From positions 1,408,001 to 1,472,000 of the forward strand of contig CAXVYR010000004.1 of assembly GCA_963666975.2 (NCBI GenBank): a stretch of DNA of 64,000 bases, written 5' to 3'. This DNA comes from Terriglobia bacterium. Lineage in GTDB: Bacteria > Acidobacteriota > Terriglobia > 2-12-FULL-54-10. Shown piece by piece: positions 45,473 through 54,150 of this stretch. The notes beneath the pieces are model-generated. The model was not told where the DNA came from. It did not search any database and saw nothing but the letters and a program-made list of their open reading frames with translations. Numbering within the stretch: position 1 is the stretch's first letter; each line of letters opens with the position of its first letter. A program made the position numbers and the translations under genes.

Positions 45473-47704
45473 TTACGCTAGTTTCTCCGCGGTAACCAGC
45501 GCATTATAGTCCGGCTCGCCGCTTTCCGGGTCGAGTATATGAGCGAGCAGCACGTTCGCTTCGGGCCAGAACGCCTGCAAACAACCGGGCCTCACGTCTT
45601 CCACCGCACAGATTCCCCGAAACTCTCCGTGGCCGGATCGCAGCCGCACCGCGTCGCCGTCGCGGAGGCCCAGCCTCTGGGCGTCTTCGGCGGAGAAAAA
45701 TACAATATCCCGCCGCTTGCTGCCGGTGAGAGCATCCGTGTCGCTGTAGATGATACTGTTAAACTGGTCGCCCCGGCGAGTGGTCAAATAAAATGTCCCC
45801 GGCGGCAAACTGGAGGACACAGGCCGGACCGGGACCAAGCGGGCGCGTCCATCGGGCATCTTGGGACAGACGCCGCCTTGCAGCAACCGTGGCCCGCCGT
45901 ATTGCACCGAGTCGCCTTCCTTTCGCAGGTCTTTGATGCCACGGTATAACGGCATGGCCTGCTCCATCTCTTCCATGATTTGCCGGACATCCGTGTACTT
46001 GATCCGTTGTCTTGCGGGCTCGGGCAGGGCACGTTGCCCGACCAGCGACAGGATCTCCCACTCCGGCTTGGTTTCCCCGATCCGAGGGCCAGCCACCTCC
46101 GGGGTGAACCGGATACGCCGCTCCGTGCTGGTTGTTGTGCCCCCGCCCCGCTGCTCGTAGCGCGTCTGGGCGGGAAGCAGGATCACCCTTTCTCCCGGCT
46201 CCACCAGCGTTGAGGTGTTCAGGACCAAATCCTGGTGGACGCGCACGGGAACCTTGCGCAACGCCTCCTCCATAAAATTCGGCTTGGGCATGGTCTCCAG
46301 GAAGTTGCCGCCTGCCACGTAGAAGAAGTCGAGTTGGCCGGCATGGGCCGCCTCGAGCATCTGGCTCGCATTCATGCCCTTCCAGGACGGGACCGGATGG
46401 CCCCAGAGCTGCTCGAAGTGCCGCGCATTTTCCTCATTCACCGGCAGGCCCCCCGGAAAGCTGCCTGGCACCGAGCCGCATTCGGCTCCTCCCTGCACGC
46501 CGCTGTGGCCTCGGATGGGCACCAGCCCGCAGTTCTCCCGCCCGATCATTCCGCGAGCCAGCGCCAGATTCACCACCGCGCGCACATTATCTACTCCCCG
46601 CCGTTGCTGGGTGAGCCCCATGCTCCAGATGAAAACAGCGTTTTTCACCCCGGCGTAAAGTTCCGCAAAGCGCACCATCTCGGACCGTGGCAGACCGGCC
46701 CCCTGTTCCAGCATCTCCCAGCTTTGCGATGCCAGCTCCACGCGCAACTCAGCAATTCCCGTGGTGTGCTCGGCGAGGAAGCGGTGGTCCACCCAGTCCC
46801 GCTCCAGAAGAACTTTCAGCGTGCCGTTGAGAAACGCCACATCGCCGCCCGGCCGGACAGGGAAAAACTCATCCCTCAGGCGGCTGCCAAACAGCGCGCT
46901 TTTCGCAATCGACGGCACCCAATAACGCTCCAGGCCCGGCTCGCGGTAGGGATTCACCACCACGATGCGGGCTCCATTCTGCCTGGCGTAATAAAGGTAC
47001 TTGATGGCCACGGGCTGGTTGTTGGCCAGGTTGGTGCCGAGCAAGACAATCATCTCGGCCCCGATCCAATCGCGGTAGGAACAAGTGGAGGCGCCCACGC
47101 CGACCATCTGCTGGAGCGCCACGGTGCTGGCCGCGTGGCAAAGGCGGGCGGCGTTGTCAATGTGGTTGGTGCCAAGCAGGCGCGCCAGCTTCTGCGCCAC
47201 GTAATACACTTCGTTCGTCAGGCCCCGCGAGGTGGTATAAAACGCAATCCGCCTGGGGTCGGCGGCCCCGAGAGCCGCTCCGGCTGACTCCAGAGCCTCA
47301 TCCCAACCGACGCGGCGGAAACCGGCATCCCCTCGCCGGTAGATCATAGGATAAGGTAAGCGGCCCAGCTTGCGAAGTTCGCGGCTGCTCATGCTGCGGA
47401 GCCGGCCGATGTCAGTCAGCTCGGCCGGATCCAGAGCCGGCATCGTATTCAGGCGCAGCATTTTAAGCCGCGACATGCAGAGGTGGACGCCGGGAATGGT
47501 GTCGTCCCGCAGCCCGTAGGGCCCCAAAGAACAGCCGTCACAAACCCCGTGCCGCAGAATCTTCAGCCCGTAGGACAGGTTGTCGCGATTGTCCCACAGC
47601 ACCCGCAGCATGTCGCGAAAGTGATGCGGCTTTTTCTCGCCCAGGCCAAAGGGCACAAGTCCGGCGATGGAGGCGCGGCTGGGTCCTGCTTTCGGTTCCG
47701 CCAT
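45473..47704 (-). CDS. FdhF/YdeP-family molybdopterin oxidoreductase
   Basis: CDGCSLG, GRLPYPM, NAARLCHAAS (Cys ligand), WSMGLTQ, IRGHSGVQG, TRRGDQFNS. Confidence 0.9.
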   Translation of the reverse strand: MAEPKAGPSRASIAGLVPFGLGEKKPHHFRDMLRVLWDNRDNLSYGLKILRHGVCDGCSLGPYGLRDDTIPGVHLCMSRLKMLRLNTMPALDPAELTDIGRLRSMSSRELRKLGRLPYPMIYRRGDAGFRRVGWDEALESAGAALGAADPRRIAFYTTSRGLTNEVYYVAQKLARLLGTNHIDNAARLCHAASTVALQQMVGVGASTCSYRDWIGAEMIVLLGTNLANNQPVAIKYLYYARQNGARIVVVNPYREPGLERYWVPSIAKSALFGSRLRDEFFPVRPGGDVAFLNGTLKVLLERDWVDHRFLAEHTTGIAELRVELASQSWEMLEQGAGLPRSEMVRFAELYAGVKNAVFIWSMGLTQQRRGVDNVRAVVNLALARGMIGRENCGLVPIRGHSGVQGGAECGSVPGSFPGGLPVNEENARHFEQLWGHPVPSWKGMNASQMLEAAHAGQLDFFYVAGGNFLETMPKPNFMEEALRKVPVRVHQDLVLNTSTLVEPGERVILLPAQTRYEQRGGGTTTSTERRIRFTPEVAGPRIGETKPEWEILSLVGQRALPEPARQRIKYTDVRQIMEEMEQAMPLYRGIKDLRKEGDSVQYGGPRLLQGGVCPKMPDGRARLVPVRPVSSSLPPGTFYLTTRRGDQFNSIIYSDTDALTGSKRRDIVFFSAEDAQRLGLRDGDAVRLRSGHGEFRGICAVEDVRPGCLQAFWPEANVLLAHILDPESGEPDYNALVTAEKLA

Positions 47705-47778
47705 GATTTTATCGGACCGCCAGTATGGGCAGGGATAGGAATGATGTCCGGATAATCGGACTTCCACCGCGTGACGAA

Positions 47779-48324
47779 TTACGGCTTGGCAGCAGCCATG
47801 GCCGCCATGCGCTCCTGCATCTGCCGCGTCAAGTGCGGCACCAAGCCGAGCTGCCGCTCGATCAGCATGAGCTGGCCTCTGTGGTGCATTTCGTGCTCTT
47901 TGACCGAGAGGATCATCTCAAACCGGCTCTTGGTTGCGGGCGTCGCGCCCGGCGGCATGGTGACCGGCTCGGCAAGGAACGCTTCTGAAAGCCCGCGAAG
48001 CCATCCCGCCCACGTCTCGCCATTGCGGCGGAGCAGATCAATGATCTCGCTCTTGGATCGCTGCTTCTGCTCTTCGGCCGCGAGGCGTTGCATGAGCGAC
48101 GGGAAGTCAAACCCCTCCAGCGTAGTCCGGCGCTCGACGGCGTGAACCTGCTCTTGAAAGCTGTAGATCAGCGCAATGTGCGTCAGCATCTGCGCGACGC
48201 TGCGTGTCTCGGGCGATGCTTTGAAAGCGTACTGGTCTTCGGGAATCTCTTCGGCAATGGTAATCGTGTTATTGCGGACGGTTTGGAAACTCTCGGCCAA
48301 TTCTTTCGGCCCGTAGTAAGTCAT
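47779..48324 (-). CDS. DinB family protein
   Basis: IAEEIPEDQYAF, SVAQMLTHI, EHEMHHRGQL; AGGAGG RBS. Confidence 0.9.
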   Translation of the reverse strand: MTYYGPKELAESFQTVRNNTITIAEEIPEDQYAFKASPETRSVAQMLTHIALIYSFQEQVHAVERRTTLEGFDFPSLMQRLAAEEQKQRSKSEIIDLLRRNGETWAGWLRGLSEAFLAEPVTMPPGATPATKSRFEMILSVKEHEMHHRGQLMLIERQLGLVPHLTRQMQERMAAMAAAKP

Positions 48325-48479
48325 GCGGCCTCCTTCAATTTTGGGAAACTAGCTTCAAGTATAAACGGAACGAGCCATGCGTGCCAATGGCTCATCGCCC
48401 GGTTGGGTTAAAGACAGCAGAGGCTGGATGGAACACTCTGGATAGAACATGGTGGTCGAACGTCTTTGCTCCAGCGAGG

Positions 48480-49313
48480 CTAATTCCCAGGCTTTACCGC
48501 CTCGATGGTGGCGGAAACAACGTAATCTTCGATGCGACGACCCGGAGCCCATTCCCGAATGAATTCGCGGCTCCCGTCCTTGGGAAGGATGCGAACTTCC
48601 CGGAACCCGGCGGCTTCGATCATTTCTACTAGCTCACTGATGGGCGCCGCTCCCGCAATGCATCCCGAAAGGAGAGCCATATCATTGCGAATCTCGGCAG
48701 GCAGTTCCGCTGTGGCCACCACGTCCGCGACGGCAAGACGCCCTCCCGTTCTCAAAACACGAAAAGCCTCCTGAAAGACGCTGGGTTTATCCGGCGAGAG
48801 GTTGATGACGCAGTTGGAAATGATTGCGTCAACACTCTGGTCGGCGACCGGCAAGTGCTCAATCTCCCCCAGGCGAAACTCGACGTTGGGATACTCGCCC
48901 TTTCTGGCATTCTCCCTGGATTTGTGGACCATCTCCGGCGTCATGTCCACACCAATCACTCGCCCTCTTTCTCCCACTTGGCGGGCCGCCAGAAAGCAGT
49001 CGAACCCTCCTCCGCTGCCGAGGTCCAAAACCGTTTCGCCGGGCCGCAACGCTGCAATGGCCTGCGGATTACCGCAACCCAGCCCCATGTCGGCGCCCTG
49101 CGGCGCGCTCTTTAACTCTTTTGCCGAATAGCCCAAGCGTTCGGAAAAACTCTCTGTGGAGACGATCGCATCCTCTCCGCCGGGTGTACAGCAAGAAGTC
49201 GCTGAACCACCACCGCATGCCGTGGCCAACCCTTTCGCTACCGCCCTGTAATTCTCCAGAACGGCTTGGCGTGTTTCCTCGTGTTGCGTTTCATTAGATT
49301 GTGTTTCATGCAT
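48480..49313 (-). CDS. arsM: Arsenite S-adenosylmethionine methyltransferase
   Basis: SCC, GLGCGNP, VLDLGSGGGFD, GVDMTPEM, ISNCVINLSPDK, GCIAGA. Confidence 0.92.
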   Translation of the reverse strand: MHETQSNETQHEETRQAVLENYRAVAKGLATACGGGSATSCCTPGGEDAIVSTESFSERLGYSAKELKSAPQGADMGLGCGNPQAIAALRPGETVLDLGSGGGFDCFLAARQVGERGRVIGVDMTPEMVHKSRENARKGEYPNVEFRLGEIEHLPVADQSVDAIISNCVINLSPDKPSVFQEAFRVLRTGGRLAVADVVATAELPAEIRNDMALLSGCIAGAAPISELVEMIEAAGFREVRILPKDGSREFIREWAPGRRIEDYVVSATIEAVKPGN

Positions 49314-49422
49314 TTTTCACCTTCCTTAAGGAGGCTCGCCAGAAATTGCACCTGTATGGGGAGCCTTACATTAGATGTCCCGCCAATTCCGTAAGCTTCG
49401 TGTGTGTATGTTAGTCGGCGGC

Positions 49423-49692
49423 CTACGCAACCGGCTGTCCCAGCCCTGCGGCCCGCAACACAGCTTCGTCCGGGCCACGGCCCGCGCAGCAGTTTGCGAG
49501 CTTGCCGTCGATCACCACGGCGGGCACCGAGCGGATGCCCATGCTCTTGGCACGGCCGGCCACGCCGGGGTCCTTCATGTCGAGGACGCTGACCTCGCAC
49601 GCAGGGCAGGCCACGCGGTTGACGAGTGCAATCGTCTCCTTGCAGGCGGGACATCCCGCGCTGAAAACCTCAATCTTGCGTTTGGCGCTCAT
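49423..49692 (-). CDS. Small thioredoxin/glutaredoxin-fold protein (Cys-rich)
   Basis: IEVFSAGCPAC, CPAC, GIRSVPAVVIDG, CCAG; ATG overlaps the upstream stop. Confidence 0.85.
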   Translation of the reverse strand: MSAKRKIEVFSAGCPACKETIALVNRVACPACEVSVLDMKDPGVAGRAKSMGIRSVPAVVIDGKLANCCAGRGPDEAVLRAAGLGQPVA

Positions 49693-50027
49693 TTGTTTTT
49701 CTCCTCTCGTATGCTTTCCGCGCTCCGGATCGCCGCAACGATCTTTTCGACCGGAGGAACTTTTTGCATTCGGCCGTCGCCGCCGGGATACAACCGGCAA
49801 CTCGCGCTTCCGCTCATTGGCGCGGCGTCAATCACGTCCTTGCCGCCGACCAGGATTGTCGGCGAGCCGTAGCGCGCAGCGTGCGGCGGGCTGTCGGATG
49901 CCTCACGGTTCCATTCCGACCATCGCGGCTCCCTTCCGGCCTCGGCAAAGGCGCGCAGCAGTTGGGCTCTGGCCTGGTTCACGTTCGGGCAATCGAGATC
50001 GTAAATCAGTTCAATGGCTAGCAACAC
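49689..50027 (-). CDS. Thioredoxin-like protein of the type found in mer operons
   Basis: IELIYDLDCPNV, YGSPTILVGGKDV, SCRLY; GTG start overlaps the merR end. Confidence 0.75.
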   Translation of the reverse strand: MLLAIELIYDLDCPNVNQARAQLLRAFAEAGREPRWSEWNREASDSPPHAARYGSPTILVGGKDVIDAAPMSGSASCRLYPGGDGRMQKVPPVEKIVAAIRSAESIREEKNK

Positions 50028-50434
50028 TTTGCTCCATCCTGACCCAGGGCGTCCAGTATCGGGCACTCGCTGACCGGTCCCCGGCCCTTGCAAGAAGCCA
50101 CCAGACCGTTGAGCGCCCGCTTCACTCTTTGGAGGGCCCGGATTCTGTCCTCGATATCGCCGATCTTGGCCTGGGCGCGCTCCCGGATTTCCTTGCAGGT
50201 CGTCTCCGGATCGACTCGAAGCGCGAAAAGCTCCTTGATCTCCTTGAGGGAGAATCCCAACTCCTTGGCGTGCCGGATAAACCGCAGACGCGCAACGGCA
50301 TCTTCCGGATACAGCCGGTAGCCGGATTCCTTGCGTGGCGGCTCCGCGATGAGACCTTCCCGTTCGTAGAACCGTATGGTCTCGATTCCGACCCCGGCGC
50401 GGCTGGCAACCTTACCGATGGTGAGCGGCTTCAC
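50018..50434 (-). CDS. merR: MerR-family metal-responsive regulator
   Basis: TIGKVA...ETIRFYEREGL...GYRLY...AKELGFSLKEI; Cys triad TCKE/SCKG/ECPIL plus terminal CC. Confidence 0.88.
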   Translation of the reverse strand: MKPLTIGKVASRAGVGIETIRFYEREGLIAEPPRKESGYRLYPEDAVARLRFIRHAKELGFSLKEIKELFALRVDPETTCKEIRERAQAKIGDIEDRIRALQRVKRALNGLVASCKGRGPVSECPILDALGQDGAKCC

Positions 50435-50457
50435 GGCATCCCTCCGAATACACCTTA

Positions 50458-50489
50458 ATCCTAAACTCTGTACATTACTACAGAGTCAA
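50458..50489 (-). promoter_or_regulatory. MerR-type promoter/operator
   Basis: TTGACT-20 nt-TAGGAT with the perfect dyad ACTCTGTA-N6-TACAGAGT (50465-50486); an over-long spacer is the MerR hallmark. Confidence 0.88.
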
Positions 50490-50592
50490 GAGTTATTTTT
50501 GAGAAAAAGATGCGCCTCTAAAACCGGACCAGGAAGCTTTTGAATCGCCTGCTGGGAAGAGGAAAGGAAGGAATTAAAATGAAAGGGAACGG

Positions 50593-51534
50593 TCAAGAAG
50601 AGAGATGTTCGCCTGCCTGAGGACGAACGCCGTGGATGAAGTCTGCGGCTCCCACCCGGCGCTTGCCTTCCATCTGCAACTCCAGCAACTCGAGGCTCGT
50701 GCCGCCTCCGCACGCCACCGAGACATGGTCCTGTTCTATCACCAGTTGTCCGCAGGAGGCCGCGCTGTCCCGGCTCTCGGCAGGATTCGGCCTGGCCCGC
50801 CAAACCTGCAACTTTTTGCCACGAAACGCAGTATGTGCTCCCGGCCAGGGAAGCAAGCCGCGGACACGGTTGAAGATCCCCTGCGCGGACAGGTTCCAAT
50901 CGATGCGGCCGTCGTCTTTCTTGAGCAGCGGCGCGCGCGAGGCAAGGGAGTTGTCTTGCGGGCGTGCGACGAGAGCGCCATTTTCCAGGCCCTTCAAAGT
51001 TTCAATCATCAAGTCCGCTCCGGCAAGGCTCAGCCGTTTGCCGAGCGACACCGAGGTCTCCTCCGCGCCGATCTCGGTCTCCCACTGCAACAGCACCGGA
51101 CCGGTGTCGAGCCCCGGGTCCATCTGCATGGTGGTGACGCCGGTCTTGGTCTCTCCGCGAACTACGGCCCACTGGATGGGTGCCGCTCCCCGGTAGGCGG
51201 GAAGCAGCGAGGCATGCAGGTTGATGCACCCGAAGCGGGGAAGCTCCAGCAGCCAGGGCGGCAGAATCTGGCCGTAGCCCACCACGACCACCGCCTCCGG
51301 CTGGATGTCCTCGAAAAAGGCGCGGGAATCTTCCCCCTTGATCTTTTCCGGCTGAAAGACCGCGAGGCCCAGCTTTCGAGCGGCTTCTTTAACGGGCGGA
51401 GCCTCCAGTTGATGCCGCCGTCCGGTGGGCCGGTCCGGCTGGGTGATGACCGCCCGGATATCGTGGCCTGCTCCGGCCAGCCTTTCCAATGTGGGGAGGG
51501 CAAAGAGGGGCGATCCGGTAAAAACAATTTTCAT
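50593..51534 (-). CDS. fmt: Methionyl-tRNA formyltransferase
   Basis: VITQPDRP, YGQILP, INLHASLLPAYRGAAPIQ, GLDTG. Confidence 0.96.
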   Translation of the reverse strand: MKIVFTGSPLFALPTLERLAGAGHDIRAVITQPDRPTGRRHQLEAPPVKEAARKLGLAVFQPEKIKGEDSRAFFEDIQPEAVVVVGYGQILPPWLLELPRFGCINLHASLLPAYRGAAPIQWAVVRGETKTGVTTMQMDPGLDTGPVLLQWETEIGAEETSVSLGKRLSLAGADLMIETLKGLENGALVARPQDNSLASRAPLLKKDDGRIDWNLSAQGIFNRVRGLLPWPGAHTAFRGKKLQVWRARPNPAESRDSAASCGQLVIEQDHVSVACGGGTSLELLELQMEGKRRVGAADFIHGVRPQAGEHLSS

Positions 51535-51541
51535 GGGAAAA

Positions 51542-52133
51542 TCAGAGCCGCGACCGCGAGGGAGCGGTCAGAAGAGTCATCCAGAGCTTTCCCACACGGC
51601 CATTTGTTGACCCTGCTCCCGAACGACGTAGTGAACGGCGGCACCTACCTCCTCAGGCTTCCAAAGATACCGCGTGCTTCCATGCTGGGTCCATCGCCTC
51701 CGCGAGGCGTTGTCTAATCCCTGCCGGTTCAAGGCACGGCTGGCGTACGATTTCACCTGGTTCAGAACTTTCTCCGGACGTTCCGCGGCCGCTACCACAA
51801 AGTGAACGTGGCTGGATCGCACGTGGGCTGCCAGGAGCCTCCAGCCGCGCTGGGCACAATGTTGCCGAATGGAGTGCAGCACAGTCGTTCTCCGCAGGCT
51901 GTCGAGTTTGTAAGGCTGCTGCCGCATTTGCTCATGCTCGGCCCGAACCCTTTTCCCGCTCGGCGAAAGAAGGGGAGCACCGAAGATATTGTGGTTCCGA
52001 TCCACTGAGCCAGCCTCATCTCCGTGCAGCCTTCTGCCATAACAGGTAAAGGTAATCAAATAGGCGAGTGGAATCGAAGCGCCCAAAGTTTCGCACGACC
52101 TTGTGAACCGCTCCCTCGCGGTCGCGGCTCTGA
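51542..52133. mobile_element. REPtron: RAYT flanked by perfect 27-bp inverted REPs, between def and fmt
   Basis: TCAGAGCCGCGACCGCGAGGGAGCGGT (51542-51568) and its exact reverse complement (52107-52133). Confidence 0.88.
51577..52086 (-). CDS. REP-associated tyrosine (HUH/Y1) transposase
   Basis: AYLITFTCYG, HVH HUH motif, KSYASR, RWTQHG, AVHYVVREQ catalytic Tyr. Start uncertain: TTG 52086 or GTG 52158. Confidence 0.85.
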   Translation of the reverse strand: MGASIPLAYLITFTCYGRRLHGDEAGSVDRNHNIFGAPLLSPSGKRVRAEHEQMRQQPYKLDSLRRTTVLHSIRQHCAQRGWRLLAAHVRSSHVHFVVAAAERPEKVLNQVKSYASRALNRQGLDNASRRRWTQHGSTRYLWKPEEVGAAVHYVVREQGQQMAVWESSG

Positions 52134-52147
52134 CTGGAGGAAACCGC

Positions 52148-52657
52148 CTACCACTCACCGGCCTTGATCATCTTCCGGATTTTTCGCTGGATGAGGTCGC
52201 GTTTCAGCACGCTGAGGTGCGAAAGGAATAGCTTTCCGTTCAGGTGGTCGGTCTCATGGCAGGAGGCGCGGGCCAGCAGCCCCTCCGCCTGCATCGTGAA
52301 TTCCTTTCCTTTCCGGTCCTGGGCACGCACCGTCACCTTTTGGGGGCGCTTCACCGTCTCGCGAAAGCCCGGCAGGCTGAGGCATCCTTCTTCCTCTTTT
52401 TGGTGGCCCTCGACGGCTATGATCTCCGGGTTGATGATGACGATCCTGGCGTCAGGGTCCTTGCCGGAGGTGATGTCAATGACGGCCATATGTCGGGAGA
52501 TACCAATCTGCGGCGCAGCCAGTCCGACCCCGCTGGCGGCGTACATGGACTCAAACATCTCATCCAGCAGGCGGTCGAGCTTGCCGTCGAACTCCGTTAC
52601 CGGCTCGGCTTTCCTCGCCAGACCGTTATCGCCGAATTTGACTATTGGATGGATCAT
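52148..52657 (-). CDS. def: Peptide deformylase
   Basis: GVGLAAPQ, EGCLS, HETDH. Confidence 0.97.
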   Translation of the reverse strand: MIHPIVKFGDNGLARKAEPVTEFDGKLDRLLDEMFESMYAASGVGLAAPQIGISRHMAVIDITSGKDPDARIVIINPEIIAVEGHQKEEEGCLSLPGFRETVKRPQKVTVRAQDRKGKEFTMQAEGLLARASCHETDHLNGKLFLSHLSVLKRDLIQRKIRKMIKAGEW

Positions 52658-52663
52658 GGAGGA

Positions 52664-53980
52664 TCACTCGGCCTGATTGCCGGCGGCCAAGGCCCTCGGC
52701 TTTTCCTCTATGGATTCGACCTCGGGAATGTCCTCGCCGGTGGCGGCCCCCAACTCCTTGAACTTTCGAGCCGAGATCAGGACACGGCGTTCGAGCGATC
52801 CGGTGGCGTCATTATAAGTATCCACAGCCTTGCGGAGCGCAGAGCCGACACCCTCAAAGTGCTCGGTAAATTTCCGTATGCGGTCGTAGAGTTCCTTTCC
52901 GAGGTCGCTGATCTGTTGTGCATTTTGCGCGAGCTGCACCTCTCTCCAACCGTATGCCACCGCCCGCAGCAGCACAATGAGCGTGGTGGGAGTCGCCAGG
53001 ATCACGCGTTTCTCCATCCCGTCCTCGATCAGACTCCTGTCCTGTTCCAGCGCCGCGCCGAAAAACGATTCGCCGGGAAGAAACAAGATCACAAAATCCG
53101 GAGCCTTGTCGAATTGCTCCCAATATTTCTTTGCTCCCAACTGGTTCATGTGCGCCCGGACTTGCTGGCCGTGACGGGCAAAGTGAGCGCGCCGGTCAGT
53201 TTCTGAGGCTGCCGAGGCGGCGTCGAGAAAGGCCTGCAACGGCACTTTGGAATCCACTGCAATGCGGCGGCCTCCGGGCAAATTCACAATCATATCCGGG
53301 CGTTGCTGGCCCGTTCCGCCCGTCAGCGTCTCCTGCTCGGTAAAGTCGCAGTGCTGCGACATCCCCGCCAGTTCCGCCACCCGTCGCAGCGTCATCTCAC
53401 CCCAACGGCCCCGCACCTGCGGCGTCCGCAGAGCAACATCGAGGCTGCCGGTCACCCGCTGCAGAGACTTCAGCTGATTCTCCAAACTTCCGTAGGCGTT
53501 TTGGCGGCTTTTTTCCATCTCCGCAATCTGCTTTTCATACCGCACCAGCGATTCCTTCAGTGGGTTGACCAGCCCGTCGATGGCTTTTTGCCGCGTTTCC
53601 AGGTCACCTTTGGCCTCAGCCTGGACTGTTTTCAACTCCCCTTTGGCCATCGCGACAAAGGATTGGCTGTTGTCTTTCAGCACGTCCGCCGCCAGCGCCT
53701 TAAATGTGTCGGTCAGCTTCGCTTCGGCATTTTGGAGCAGTGCCCGTTCCTCCTCCAGGGAGATTTGGACCTGATTTAATTTTGTTTCTGCGGCGACTTT
53801 TTGCTCGCTTTCCCTGCGGACCTGCTGCTGGAGGTCGTCGATCTGCCGGTCTTTCGCTTCCTGGCCTGCGTAGTGTTGCTTAATTTGCGAGCGGAGTTCG
53901 CTTACCTTGGAATTTGCCGCAAACCAAGCCGCCGCGCCTCCCAATACCAAACCCACTCCTAGCAATACCCACTCGTTCAT
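52664..53980 (-). CDS. rmuC: DNA recombination protein RmuC
   Basis: N-terminal TM and coiled coil; RGRWGE, RPDMIV, VDSKVP, FLPGE, ATPTTL. Confidence 0.94.
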   Translation of the reverse strand: MNEWVLLGVGLVLGGAAAWFAANSKVSELRSQIKQHYAGQEAKDRQIDDLQQQVRRESEQKVAAETKLNQVQISLEEERALLQNAEAKLTDTFKALAADVLKDNSQSFVAMAKGELKTVQAEAKGDLETRQKAIDGLVNPLKESLVRYEKQIAEMEKSRQNAYGSLENQLKSLQRVTGSLDVALRTPQVRGRWGEMTLRRVAELAGMSQHCDFTEQETLTGGTGQQRPDMIVNLPGGRRIAVDSKVPLQAFLDAASAASETDRRAHFARHGQQVRAHMNQLGAKKYWEQFDKAPDFVILFLPGESFFGAALEQDRSLIEDGMEKRVILATPTTLIVLLRAVAYGWREVQLAQNAQQISDLGKELYDRIRKFTEHFEGVGSALRKAVDTYNDATGSLERRVLISARKFKELGAATGEDIPEVESIEEKPRALAAGNQAE

Positions 53981-53997
53981 GCTCTCCGTCCCTTTTA

Positions 53998-54138
53998 GAG
54001 TCTGTGTGAAAACTATGGCGAAAGCAAAGCAATCCGAGCCGCGCGCGTCAGCAAGCGGTCCCTCAGCCTTCTTCAGCCTGCCCAGGTTTTGGAGACGCTC
54101 CCTGACGGTCGCGGCTCTGATGGTTTTCCCACAGACTC
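53998..54138. mobile_element. MITE with 16-bp IS-type TIRs enclosing a REP doublet
   Basis: GAGTCTGTGTGAAAAC / GTTTTCCCACAGACTC (15/16); inner REP arms at 54033-54058 and 54096-54120. Confidence 0.85.
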
Positions 54139-54150
54139 CTTTACACCCGG

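Noticed and set aside
45473-47704. Selenocysteine formate dehydrogenase
   Set aside because: The Mo ligand position is Cys (ARLCH), the frame has no internal TGA, and the sequence fits the YdeP type.
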